Of a stretch of DNA of 64,000 nt, positions 34,180 through 45,878 are shown piece after piece (within the stretch, counting starts at the first letter, position 1; each line of letters starts with the position of its first letter). Origin of the DNA: Neodothiora populina. Its lineage: Eukaryota. The notes below the pieces were generated by a model that searched no databases, was not told where the DNA came from, and was given only the letters and a program-made list of their open reading frames with translations. Position numbers and translations under genes: made by a program. The DNA is taken from contig NW_027191411.1 in the NCBI RefSeq assembly GCF_041146345.1, forward strand, positions 1,178,001 to 1,242,000, given 5' to 3'.

Positions 34180-35877
34180 TTACATCTTGTCGAACACACG
34201 TACGCCCGTGACTCCAGCAGCAGCAGTACCGTCACGTGTCCTGCCGTCAAGCAGCGGCTCTCTTTCCTCGTCTTCAATCGGTGTGACACCAGTATCACCA
34301 TAGAGACCGTCCTGCATCCTACTGGCAGGCACCCCACTCAAATCTCCAAACCAATCCTTGCCGCCATTCGCAGCGTGCATCCTAGCGACTTCGTGCTCCT
34401 CGCAGGCGAACGCCGGCTGCGACGCAGGCAGGATATAGCGTCTGTGCCAAGCGCCGACGAAGACGCCGTCCGGGTCGGTATCGTTGCGCACTCTGAGATA
34501 CGACGAGAGGTCCTCGCCGTACATGTCTGCAATGTCCGATTGCGTCACGGTGTGGAAGTTCTTGGCCCAGTGGGGCTTGGCGCCTAGGTCCTTCATGAGC
34601 CACTCGAAGGCTTCGTAGTAGCGTTCGTGGCACGGGGGGTCCTGGAAGAAGGGGCGGTAGAGAGTGGCGTTGAGGTACAGAGTTGGTCCGTTGCGGTTAG
34701 TGTTGTCGAGGTAGGGCTTTGGCTGCATCGCTGTCGAGTCTGTGACGCGGACCTCGATGGGCGCGTGCACGTAGAGGCCGCTGTTGTCGAAGGGGATGTT
34801 GTGGCCCGGTTCGCGGTTTAGCCAATTCGAGAGACGCGTGATGGCTTCTGGGCCTGAAGATAATGGTAAGGCCCACTCGTTCACGAATTGCGAGTATAGG
34901 CAGTTCATCAGGAGACCGGAGCGCTGAGGCTCGATGGCGCTAGTGACGATGTCGTTCTTGAAGCCGTACTGCATGCCGAAAACGAACCATTCGATTGCAG
35001 GTAGGATACGGGGGACGTAGTTTGAGAGCCACAAGAGAATGTGATATGTGTGGAAGCCAACAGAGCCGCCGTACCAAGAAGCGACAGCTGCACGCTCAGG
35101 GGTGGACGTCTTGGATGCAGACCAGACCACTGCGCGCTTCATATACGGGAGCCACCACACCCTGGTGAACTCGCGTTTGGTCCAGAGGTCCTTCTCCCAG
35201 TCCGAGAGGACCCAATCGAGGGGCTTTAGTGTTTGCGACCATTCGATATTAGAATGATCGTCCAGTTGGAAGTCGACTTCAACTAAGATGCCAAGTCCAC
35301 CGATCGATACCAGCGCTGCTCGGAACAGCTCAACATTATCCTGAGCGGAGCATCGCACTGCTGATCCGTCTCCAAGAACAATCTTGATAGCCTTGATAGA
35401 CTCGGACATAAGACCATGCTTGAGAGAGCTGCCGTGAGTCGCAGTGGCGATAGCGCCAGCGATGGACTGATCGTTTATGGAGCCTAGGTTGGGCATGGTC
35501 AAGTTGTACTTGGCAGCCTCGTCGTTCAGTTGCCTGAGTCTGATGCCGCCTTCTACAGTGAGTATCTTCTTCTCCAGGTCCACATTGAGCACGCGCTGAT
35601 AATTGTCCAGGTTCATCATCCAAGAGGACGTGCATGTGATATCACTAGGCGAGTGGCCACATCCGACGACGACTATGCGCCGCTTCAGGCGTCTCGCGAT
35701 CTTCACTATCTTCTGTATTTCCTCGAGCGTACGGGGCTGGAAATAATATTCTGGACGGCAATTGAACGTGCGCGCCCATGTTTTGTGGACGTGAAGCAGT
35801 TCAGGAAGAAATGCGACATCAGGGTCTACATCTTGCGCTTCGCGCGCGACTCTGTCGTCTATGGATACTGCCTTCAT
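34180..35877 (-). CDS. ALO1: D-arabinono-1,4-lactone oxidase (FAD-linked)
   Basis: VVGCGHSPSD covalent-FAD motif, NLGSI..QSIAGAIATATHGS, NCLYSQFVNEWA, APIEVR, KPHWAK. Confidence 0.95.
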   Translation of the reverse strand: MKAVSIDDRVAREAQDVDPDVAFLPELLHVHKTWARTFNCRPEYYFQPRTLEEIQKIVKIARRLKRRIVVVGCGHSPSDITCTSSWMMNLDNYQRVLNVDLEKKILTVEGGIRLRQLNDEAAKYNLTMPNLGSINDQSIAGAIATATHGSSLKHGLMSESIKAIKIVLGDGSAVRCSAQDNVELFRAALVSIGGLGILVEVDFQLDDHSNIEWSQTLKPLDWVLSDWEKDLWTKREFTRVWWLPYMKRAVVWSASKTSTPERAAVASWYGGSVGFHTYHILLWLSNYVPRILPAIEWFVFGMQYGFKNDIVTSAIEPQRSGLLMNCLYSQFVNEWALPLSSGPEAITRLSNWLNREPGHNIPFDNSGLYVHAPIEVRVTDSTAMQPKPYLDNTNRNGPTLYLNATLYRPFFQDPPCHERYYEAFEWLMKDLGAKPHWAKNFHTVTQSDIADMYGEDLSSYLRVRNDTDPDGVFVGAWHRRYILPASQPAFACEEHEVARMHAANGGKDWFGDLSGVPASRMQDGLYGDTGVTPIEDEEREPLLDGRTRDGTAAAGVTGVRVFDKM

Positions 35878-37153
35878 CTAATCCTCTTTCGTGCTCGCAA
35901 GCTCACCAAAGTGGGATGTTTGGACCTGTATATGTTGTATGCGATGCGACAAATTTCAAAGTCAAGTGACGTTAACGAATCGCAAGGTCTAGAGCAGCTG
36001 CTGAGTCAGGTCGAAGTCGGTGCTCTCTTCCTTCTACCTTGACCTAAATCACTTACTCTTTCGCGCTCAGCGGCGACTATGCCCGAATAAGAGGACCAAG
36101 ACAACCAAGAGATGGCTTGCGATTAAGCTACATACCAAGACCTTTTAGAGTTGTGCGGAATGGCAATCGTGACGTTCTGGCATATTTTTTCGATGTAAAT
36201 CCTCAAGATATATGATCGAACAACCACGCGAGTCGTCTTGAATTCACATGCGCCCATAGCAGCAGGGCTGATCTAGCAACGATTCGAGTGACAGGGCAAC
36301 CGTTACACCAGCCAAGATGCGCGGTGCTCACGGATGGGGAATTGGGGCCTCCCGAGACTGAAGTGCACGATGATATTAGTCAGGATTTGATAATGAGGTG
36401 ATGAAATGTGTGGAATCCGCTGCACGCGAGTCATTATCTCGTGGAAATGCGCACGCACTGTTCACCAATATACAGACACTGGAGATAGACAAGGGTCTGC
36501 GAGAATGTGTTGATAACACGGTCCTTTGGGAACCCTTGCGAAAAGCAGGATCATCATGCAGTAGCAGTAGCCCTATCTCTCTGCGCGCTGTAGTTGAGTT
36601 TGCTCTTGGACTTTCTCTCGCTAGCATGACTATACAGCTATAAGATCGCTACCGTGCATTCTTCTTCTTGTCTTCGAGAACGTGTCTCGAAATAGGACAT
36701 GCTGCAGGTTTGCTGGCATAGAAAAGGAAAGGGATTCGAGATCATCAGCAGCTACGCAATTGTGCATGTCGAACGCAGATCCGGCGTAAACTCCTAACAC
36801 CGAGACAAGAAACCATCTGCTTCTCCAACCTTAAAAACTTGTCTATTACCAATAATTATCGATACGTACTGGGTACATGAACCAACGGGCCACATCAAAC
36901 ATGGAGCGTCAAGGGCTGAGAGGCAATTTCCAACGAGGATGCGCTTGTCCGATGCTTGCTAGTGCGAGTCTCTCCTCATTGTTCTGCCTCGAGGACCACC
37001 ACTCCCAGGTCCGTTCTTCCCGCCGTTCCGCCGCTGCTGTTGGGGGAGGGTCCCATTACATAGGAATTTTGTGAATAAGAAAAATCAGTTTAGAGCGTAG
37101 GCTAACTTGATCCTCACTCCCGGTATTGGTAAATCGCCCACAAATGAGCGGGC

Positions 37154-37168
37154 TATCTGTTATCTATC
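37154..37168 (+). promoter_or_regulatory. Cluster of three GATA (TATC) elements upstream of the permease; candidate AreA/Nit2 sites
   Basis: ctatctgttatctatctg lies about 130-145 bp upstream of the ATG, just before a TATAA-like element. Confidence 0.45.
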
Positions 37169-37297
37169 TGGTAGACTGTTATAACATTTAATGCGCTTGT
37201 TCGCAGACTCGGGCTGTCACTCTTCTCTCGTTTCTTCATTGAGACTTCTGTGAACAAACGACGAACCTCATCAACGAGGATCGATCGCCAATTCACC

Positions 37298-38965
37298 ATG
37301 ACTCGAAGCATGAGTATCACAGACGGCGGCAGGGACCCCGTCGCTGCAATGGGCCATGCTCAAGAGCTGCACCGACAGTTCTCCCCCCTGGCTATGCTTG
37401 GTCTGGCATTCGCCATCCTGAACTCCTGGACTGCATTGGCCACGTCGTTGTCCATTGCGCTGCCCAGTGGAGGCCCCGTCTCCGTCATCTGGGGTCTCGT
37501 CACTGCAGGTGTGTGCAATATGTGTATCGCCGTGTCGCTGGCCGAGTTTCTCTCTGCCTACCCGACTGCTGGTGGACAGTATGAGTGGGTCGCAATCATC
37601 AGCTGGAAGAGGTGGACGCCCATACTTTCCTGGATCACCGGATGGATCAATGTCGGAGGCTGGATGGCATTGACTGCCACCGGAGGCCTGCTCGGCTCTC
37701 AATTGATCATCTCCATCATCTCACTCATGGACCCCAGCTACTCCCCTCAGCGCTGGCACCAGTTCCTCATCTACATTGGCTACAACGTCGGCGCCTTCCT
37801 GCTGAATGCCTTCGGTAACAGACTCCTGCCATTGGTCGACAAAGCCGCCATCTTCTGGTCGATTGCCGGCTTTGTCATCGTGTCCATCACGATCCTGGCC
37901 TGCTCTTCGCCAAACTACAGTTCCGGGGACTTTGTCTTCCGCGAGTTCATCAACACGACAGGATGGCCCGACGGCATGGCTTGGCTGCTCGGTTTACTGC
38001 AGGGTGGATTCGGTCTCACCGGCTACGATGCCGTCGCGCACATGATCGAGGAGATCCCGAACCCCACTGTCGAAGGCCCCAAGATCATGATTTACTGCGT
38101 CGCCATCGGCACCTTCACTGGTTTCATCTTCCTGACCTGCTTGCTTTTCGTCGCTGGCGACATCGACCAGGTCATCGAAAGCCCCGCGGGACCGCTGCTC
38201 CAGATTCTCTACAACGCCACAAACTCTCACGCGGGAGCAATCTGTCTGCTCATGTTCCCCCTGCTCTGCACTGTGTTCGCCACCATCGCCATCATGACGA
38301 CCAGCTCCCGCATGGCCTGGTCCTTCTCCCGTGACGGCGGCATGCCCGCGTCCAAGTTCTTCGGCAAGGTCAACAAGAAGCTCGATGTCCCGCTCAACTC
38401 GCTCGCCTTGACGCTCGCAGTCGTCGTCATTTTCGGATGCATCTTCCTCGGATCGTCGAGTGCTTTCAACGCCATCACCAGCGCGTAAGTTCCTCCCATC
38501 ACTGCTGTTTTCTCCCCATGTAAACAGATTGCTAATCATCTTTACAGATCCGTGATTGCACTGAGCATTACCTACGGCATGCCCATCGGCATCAACTGCA
38601 TCCAAGGTCGCAGCAAGCTGCCCGATTCCCGCCCCTTCATCCTACCAAACTGGTTCGCTTGGATCGCGAACATGATCGCTCTGGCCTACATCATCCTGAC
38701 CACAGTGCTCTTCTTCTTCCCCGAGGACCTTCCGGTATCAGGCAGCAGCATGAACTACTGCATCGTCGTGTTCGCCGTGTGGATGTTCATTTGTGCAGGC
38801 TGGTGGTTCATCGATGGCAGGAAGAACTACACTGGCCCTAGAGTCGAGATCGACGGCGATGTGCTCAATAGCAGTGACGTTGTCATTGATGATCCTAGCA
38901 TGGAGAAGAAGGTCTCGGGATCGGGGTTCCCTGCTTCGAAATTCGATGAGCCGACCACTGTTTAA
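37298..38965 (+). CDS. APC-superfamily amino acid/choline/GABA permease (ACT family); exons 37298-38484, 38548-38965
   Basis: LGLAFAILNSW, GGPVSVIWG, SLAEFLSAYPTAGGQY, GYDAVAHMIEE, SRMAWSFSRDGG, MNYC. Multiple TM segments. Intron GTAAGT..GCTAAT..CAG. Confidence 0.93.
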
Positions 38966-39948
38966 GGCGGCCATGATTACGACCAATACGATCATATATA
39001 TACTTTTGATTCCAAATTCAGAATAAATTCTACTACTTGCGTGATCCCTAATCATCGCGGACGTGGGCCCCCAGATGTGTTTAACCGGTACTTCACCACA
39101 TGTGTAGCATTGATGAGGTATTTGTGAAATGGACTCTTCGTGTTCTCCTGATCGCCAGGCAGTTGTCGAGCTCTGTACTGAGCACAACAGCATAGTGCTC
39201 CACGCCTCTGCCTGTACTGTGAGGTGCCTACCGATTGAGTGCTGACGGACTGACCATCGGCTATGTGTTATAAAACTCACATGACTGAGATACTTCTGGA
39301 CCGATCAATCACATTCATGTACCGTGGTAATGCTTCAATTGGTCCTCGAGACTATCAACAAACTTACTTCACTGGACACGCTGGCTCTGAACAGGCAGGT
39401 CTGTAGTTGTCTAGAGACAAGCATCATATCTTGACGATACGTCGGCTGTACAGTAACCAACGTAGACCAGCTGATCAACAGCATAGCAAAGCGGCACACT
39501 CGGTATCAATCGGTCGGATGCACTCGAATGTTGCAACAGAAAGCAGCGAAGAAAGGAGAAGAGCAACGAGAACAGTGAGACCAAAGAAAAGCCATGAGCG
39601 ATAGTTTTGCTGTTTTGCTTGCGAAGTTTTTGACTAGGAAGAATATTCAGGCAAGGAAATAAAGCTCTGAAAGTAGAAGCAAACGCAGGAAACTGGGAAG
39701 ACAGAGTCCCTACACTTTTTGCTGGCATCAATCTCTCTTTTTGACTCAAAAGAAAGATACGTCATGCATGAGATTCTTCGTAGGATAATGATGATAAGTC
39801 TTCCAGCAGACCATCTCCCGGCCCATCTGAATAATCCCCAAGAAGCCCTTACATGGCTGACTTGAGTGAAAACTGCGGCTGGAGGGAAACGCGAGAACGC
39901 CAACAGGGCGCAGACTTTTTCGTAACGTGCTTACCGGTCTGGAATGAC

Positions 39949-42232
39949 CTACCAGCGACGGCTGATCTTGAGGTTAGCATTTGCTCAAGTACGCTTTAAC
40001 GACATAAAACAAACCTGTATGCATCCGTCCTATCATAGTTCGGCTTGCGCCGTGCTTTTGGCGTGTCATCCAGTTGGCGTCTCCTTTTGTCGCTTTCTGC
40101 CTCGGCCATGTGGTCGAAAGTCCTCTTGCGACCGCTCCCTGGACCATCAGAGCGTGCATGTGGTGGCGGTGGCGGAGGTACGGGTTGCTTTGCTTTTGGA
40201 GTTGCGTCCATGTCGAAACGGTCATCAGAATGAAAGTCGGATCCAGCAGCTGTATGCTGGCTCGTGATGGATGGTGATCTGGTTCGCCGAGGATTGCCAT
40301 GCATAATGTCATGTGCTTTCCAAGGGTCGTAGGAAGGCGAACGTTGAGGTGGGGGAGGTGGAGGGGGAAAATGTGGCCCATATGAAAGAGGAACGGGAAG
40401 TGGATGATAAGGTGGATCTCTCCGATTGCCGAACTTGTCGGGAGATCTGGAGCCGTTACTTTGAGGCATTAGTTTCACAAAATCGTTGTTCTGGAGAATA
40501 TACACATACCGTTCCGGTGAGGCTGGGGGGCCCAGAGCAGGGGGCGGAGTAGGATAGACCGTCTTGGGTAAGCCTTCGACACCGAGTGCGGCGAGAACAC
40601 TCTCTTGTGTTGGATCCTTCGGGTGTGGCTTTGGTTTCCTTCTCGGCTGCTGCGAGCCTTGTCTATTTCGCAGCTTCTCGGGAGATCTAGAGCGAGTCTG
40701 GCGTGTCGGCGGCGGTCGAGAGCGGGTTTGGTACGCCGCGGGACTTATGGATCTTTCGAGGCTTTCAATGATGTGGGTTTGTCGGCCATGCAAAGAGTGA
40801 CGATGGCTTGGCTGCGCGACGCGCCGGCCCTTCTCGACAGTGACCGGCTTTGGCTCCTCCCCTCGATCTGGTGCTATTGATGTTGCAGATTTAGTCTCAT
40901 TGTCGTGGCTATCCTCGTCATCGTCTTCACTCATGTCCATAGCCTGATCTCCATCACTCTCGTCGTGTATATCTCCTTGAGGCTGGGATACAATATGGGA
41001 TTGGAACGAGGGCTGCCTCTCTTGTACTTTATCGCCTGTTGATATGGTGGATTCTTCTTTCTCATCTGAATCGCCCCCATCCTCATCGGCTGAATTATCA
41101 GGACGATATCGATTAGCTATGACAGTGGCCAACGGCACGACTTCAGGGTTATCCTCAAACTCGACAAAGATCAGATCGTGCTTTGTGTCATTCCACTCGT
41201 CAGTGTCTCTGACACTGCGCATAAAATCTTGTTCACCGGACCCGAAATACTTTGAAGACGATACATCCTCGTCCTGTGCTGATTGTGTAGCGGTGGGAGC
41301 CTCGACTTCGGCCTCGAGCTCAGCTTCCTCAAACGTACTTGGTAGCGGTCGTTTCCTCTCTACTGCGGGATGCCAAACTATCAGACCGAGACTGAAACGG
41401 GGATCAATCTCGTCAGTGAGGTCCAAGGATTCGCCATCAAAATCAAATTCATCAACGCAGTCGTCAGTACTCGCTTGTCTGAGAGCCACGTGGTCTTCGT
41501 CTGATGGCAGAGCCGTCAGGCCTGGTTCAATTGGATAAGGGACTGGCGGAATCGATCCGGTGTGCTCTACTTGCGATGTTTGCCAATCGCTCACCGAGTC
41601 AAAGTATCCAGCCTGGGGTGAAGGCTGGAGGACTGCCGTAGATGCAGGATACAACTGTGCCGGCTGATAAGGTTGCGGCTGCTGATAATACGGATAGGCG
41701 TGCGCCCGAGCATCGGCCGGTGAATGAAATGGCTGATACGCTTGAGTCGGATCTACTTGCACCGCCGGCTGTTGGTAGCTTTGATCTGGTTGGGCCTGGT
41801 ACACAGTGTATGCGTATACAACCGGTGGCTGATATGGTGGCAAAGTCTGCTGTGAGGGTTGCGCAGGGTAGTACTGCGCGGAAGCAGGCACGATGCCATT
41901 TTGACCGGCATCATAACCAGACATAGGCGGTTGGTAGCCTGAGGCGTGGATTGGAGGCTTCCAGCCAGGAGGGGGAGGAGGATATTTTGTGATGACTGGA
42001 TTGCCTTTTTGCTTTTTGAATGGAGGACTGAAACGAATTAGGAAAAGTTCTTGAGAGACGACAAGCTATTACACTCCGCGAAGGAGGTTGATCACGAGAC
42101 TTACCCATTTGCTGCCGGTTGTTGATTTTGCACGGGGTGAGCATAATGGGCTTGCGGCAAAGATTGTGGAACCCAAGTTGAGGGTGGTGGAGCAACAAAC
42201 CCACTAGGATATGGTTGATGATAGGAAGCCAT
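39949..42232 (-). CDS. Conserved fungal Pro/Gln/Tyr-rich hypothetical protein ending DAYSRRW; exons 42232-42105, 42027-40510, 40458-40015, 39961-39949
   Basis: Three canonical introns in phase. MASYHQPYP..ANG|PPFKKQKGNPVITKYPPPPPGW, FSLGLIVWHPA..RPLPSTF, QESVLAALGVEG, and a 13-nt terminal coding exon. Confidence 0.82.
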
Positions 42233-42316
42233 GTGATTGAGAACTGAGATGGCAATGATGAAATGGCATCATATCTCTGTCAAAGACGAGTTCCTCAATG
42301 CAGGAAAGCGGACGAA

Positions 42317-42358
42317 GCTTGCCACGGGGCTTACCACGGGGCTTACCACGGGGCTTAC
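42317..42358. repeat. 12-bp tandem repeat (GCTTACCACGGG) x3.5 in the 5' region of the minus-strand gene
   Basis: gcttgccacggg gcttaccacggg gcttaccacggg gcttac. Confidence 0.9.
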
Positions 42359-43284
42359 GCAGCTCTTATGGTTATGCCATAAAATTGTGGAATTAAAGAT
42401 GATGAGGGCCGGAATATATACACGGCAATGATGGAAATAGACCTGGGAACACGCTGAGGGATCTCGACAGCAAGAAAGCGGCGACAGAAGTACGAGAGGC
42501 TGATTGTGTATCTTGGTGATCTGACTTGAGAGAAAGAGCAGGTAGGTAGTTTGAAAGGGGAAGCAGTAGTGCACAGACTAGGTGTGCGCACACATGAAAG
42601 CAAGCGCAAGGTTGCGAAACAACTTAGGTCTTGTCTGAAGCAAACACCTTGCTCTTGTTCCTTCAGACGTCGTAGTGATCCCGGAATACGTACGACACAG
42701 TAGTAGCTAGTAAGTGGGCAGAGTATACAGAGCAGACAGCGAAGATCAACAAAGTGATGGACTGTAATTGTCGAGCGAGCGAGTTCGGGTAAAGTTTCGA
42801 GCACAGATTACAGCAAATTACAGCAAAAGGTTTAATTAGGGTCCTGACAACCTGAATGTTATACGAAAGATAACTGTGTTTGATCTAATGCCAAACATAC
42901 ACAGTAGCTGTACAGTAGTTCACTACTAAGACTTGCTCGGTCCAGATCCCTGGATGCCTTAGCGAGGTTGAGGTACAGTACCTGAGGTTAGTTGATGTGT
43001 CCAGTTCGCCCATCCTTTTCAGAAATTCAAGCTCTCTCTCTCTCTCTTTTTTCCCACATCATCCTTTCGCCATGCCAGAAGACTCTGACCATGTGTGAAA
43101 GAGATCGACCATTGCGGATACCGGATCTGCCCGTCTTTCTCTTGTTCGCTTGTCGTTGAGTTCGAGAAGAGTTGCCCCTCGGCCCCCTCGAGCCAGCCAG
43201 CCAGCCAGTTTTAGCGCGCCAGGCGGTTTCGCCATCTTCCTTGCCTCCGCCGCACTTGCACTTGCATCGTGGCTAGACTGAGCC

Positions 43285-44297
43285 ATGCCCGGCCTTCCAT
43301 CCAGTATCGATCTCGACGAGTGCATCGCCAGATTGTACAAGAAGGAGCTGCTCGCGGAGTCGGTCATCGAGGCAATATGCGCCAAAGCGAAAGAGCTGCT
43401 CATGAAAGAGAGCAATGTCGTGCACGTCCAGGCGCCTGTCACTGTGGTCGGAGACATCCACGGCCAGTTCTTTGACCTCCTCGAGATTTTCAAGATCAGC
43501 GGCCCATGTCCCGACACCAACTATCTGTTTCTTGGTATGAGAGCTGGACCGACGTCACTCCCAAAACGCTGACTTCTCGAACAGGAGACTACGTCGACCG
43601 CGGCCTCTTCAGCGTCGAGACCATCACTCTGCTCGTTTGCCTCAAACTACGCTACCCCCGCCGCGTGCACCTGATCCGCGGCAACCACGAGTCACGCGGC
43701 GTCACGCAATCCTACGGCTTCTACACGGAATGCAGCAGAAAGTACGGCAACGCGGCCGTGTGGCACCACTTCACAGACATGTTTGACTACCTCTCGCTGT
43801 CGTGCGTCATCGACGACCGCATCTTCTGCGTGCACGGCGGCCTGAGCCCCAGCATCCACAGTATCGACCAGATCAAAATCATCGACCGCTTCAGAGAGAT
43901 CCCGCACGAAGGACCCATGGCGGATCTGGTCTGGAGCGACCCGGACAGCGAGCGCGATGAGTTCTCGCTCAGCCCACGAGGCGCAGGGTATACCTTTGGA
44001 GCACAGGTCGTGAGGAAGTTCCTCGAGGTCAATTCCATGAACCATATCTTGCGCGCCCATCAGCTCTGCAACGAGGGCTACATGGTCATGTTCGACGACA
44101 GGCTGTCGACCGTGTGGAGCGCGCCGAATTACTGTTACCGCTGCGGCAATCTGGCTAGTGTTCTCGAAGTCAGCCCGTACGGAGAGCGGAAATGGAATGT
44201 CTTTGACGCTGCACCGGAGAACGAAGCACATCGCATTGAGCAGCAGAACCAACAGCAACACGCTGGGTCGGATCCAGTGAGGGATTATTTCCTATGA
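43285..44297 (+). CDS. PPG1: PP2A-like Ser/Thr phosphatase catalytic subunit; exons 43285-43534, 43585-44297
   Basis: GDIHGQ, G|DYVDRG, RGNHE, HGGLSP, SAPNYCYRCGN, C-terminal DYFL. The N-terminus MPGLPSSIDLDECI is of the Ppg1 type. Confidence 0.9.
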
Positions 44298-44670
44298 TTT
44301 GAAAGTCACTCTGGGCGCAAGGTGCTTACCGTCTCAAACGCTCTACTAGAGGATCAGATTCTTGTTTTTCTGGTTCTTACAGCATATTACGACTATAGAT
44401 GATGGCTTGACATGCATACGCCTTCGCTACGATTTCTCGAATTGGCATCCATTTGCTCGAATGATCAGTTGGGCAGGCAATCGATGATAGACGATGATAT
44501 TTGAAGGAGCGAAAAAGTTGCAAAAAACGACAGGTCGAGCAAAAACAGACAGCTAAACGAGTGTGAAAGCTTGGAACAAAATCCGAAACGAAGAAAAAGC
44601 AATCAGCGAGGAACGCAGCAAAATATCTGTAGTGATGCAGACGAGACGAGACGAGATGGCCACCATACCC

Positions 44671-45878
44671 TCAGCCCATGCTGACGCTGGCGCAAGCGAT
44701 CCTGTCCCCTCCAAGCTTGGTGGTGACGCTGAGCTGAGACGCGTCGCTGGCGAACATGCTGTCGACCTTTGTGAGAGCAGGCGGCAGCTCGAGCCTGACC
44801 TTCTCATGCATGACCGGCTCGCGCACCATGATTTCCAACTCATGTCTCTTCTCCGAGTCGGCCAGCTCGATCTTCTTGATGCTCTCGAAGCCCAGCTTGC
44901 GGTAGATGGCCGGATTGATGGCGTTGCTGCTTTCCAGATAACACGCCCTGCCCTCAAAGTCGGCCATCGAGGTCACGTACTCGATGAGCTTTCGCGCATA
45001 TCCATTGCCGCGCGCGGCGGCTTTGGTGCCGATGTAGACGAGATACCATCTGGCGAAAGGTAATCAGTGGCGAACAGGCGTTTGTGGCAGGGATAGATTC
45101 TTCACTCACGAGTCGTCGTCTCTAGCACCCATGACCTCTTGCTTTGTATCATGCAAAAGAGGGAAGAACTCGTCGAAGAAGCGGGTCTTGCCGTCAGGAG
45201 ATAGCTTATAATAGAGTCTCCAGAGTCCGCTACGCAGGATGGTCATGTAGTCATCCATGTTCTGACCAGGCGGCATCCTATTCAAATAGATCTCTGATCA
45301 GCGTCATGCAAGTCACATACAATCCCAAAAATCAAAACAATTACAATCAAGACACTTCTCCCACCAGAGCACAGACACACTACACGGATGCCAAAAAAAA
45401 GAAGAAAGACTCACCACAAAGCGACACAGCCATAGTTCGGCCCAACGGTAAGCACAAGACCCTTGAGGATATGGGCATAAGTGATATACTCCATAATCTC
45501 AACATGGAGCTTCCACTTCTGCGCCTCGCTCCAATGCTCGCTGTCCGGAGTGTGAGTAAAGTAGCGGCAGACATCATCGTCGGCAAAGGCTTCGGCCAGG
45601 CACAGCGCCGCCTGCTTGTACTCGGACAAGGTCACACGACGGACCAGATTGCCACCTCGTGCAGTAGTAGTGGAGGGAGCAGCAGCAGCAGCGGCGGCGG
45701 CCTCAGAGGTCGCGGGAGAAGACGATTTGATATTGACACTAGCCAATTCGTCTGCAGCACCGCTCAAGGCTGGTTGAACATTGTGGAGAGAGAAGCCGCC
45801 GCTGACACCTTGTTTCTGTTGATGAACAGGTTTGATGCTGGTGCTAGTGCTGGTGCTGCTGCTGCTAGATCCCTCCAT
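44671..45878 (-). CDS. GNAT-family N-acetyltransferase; exons 45878-45415, 45277-45110, 45049-44671
   Basis: AALCLAEAF.DD, VALW|MPPG, S|WYLVYIGTKAAARGNGYA (acetyl-CoA motif A), CYLESSN.IN.AIYRKLGF. Confidence 0.9.

Noticed and set aside
39788..39861. ATGATGA..CTGA..CTGA arrangement
   Set aside because: No recognisable rRNA/snRNA complementarity and no host-intron signals.
42325..42358. GGGGCTTAC resembling the RNase MRP P4 3' strand
   Set aside because: Part of a simple tandem repeat; the complementary GAAAGUCCCC strand is absent.
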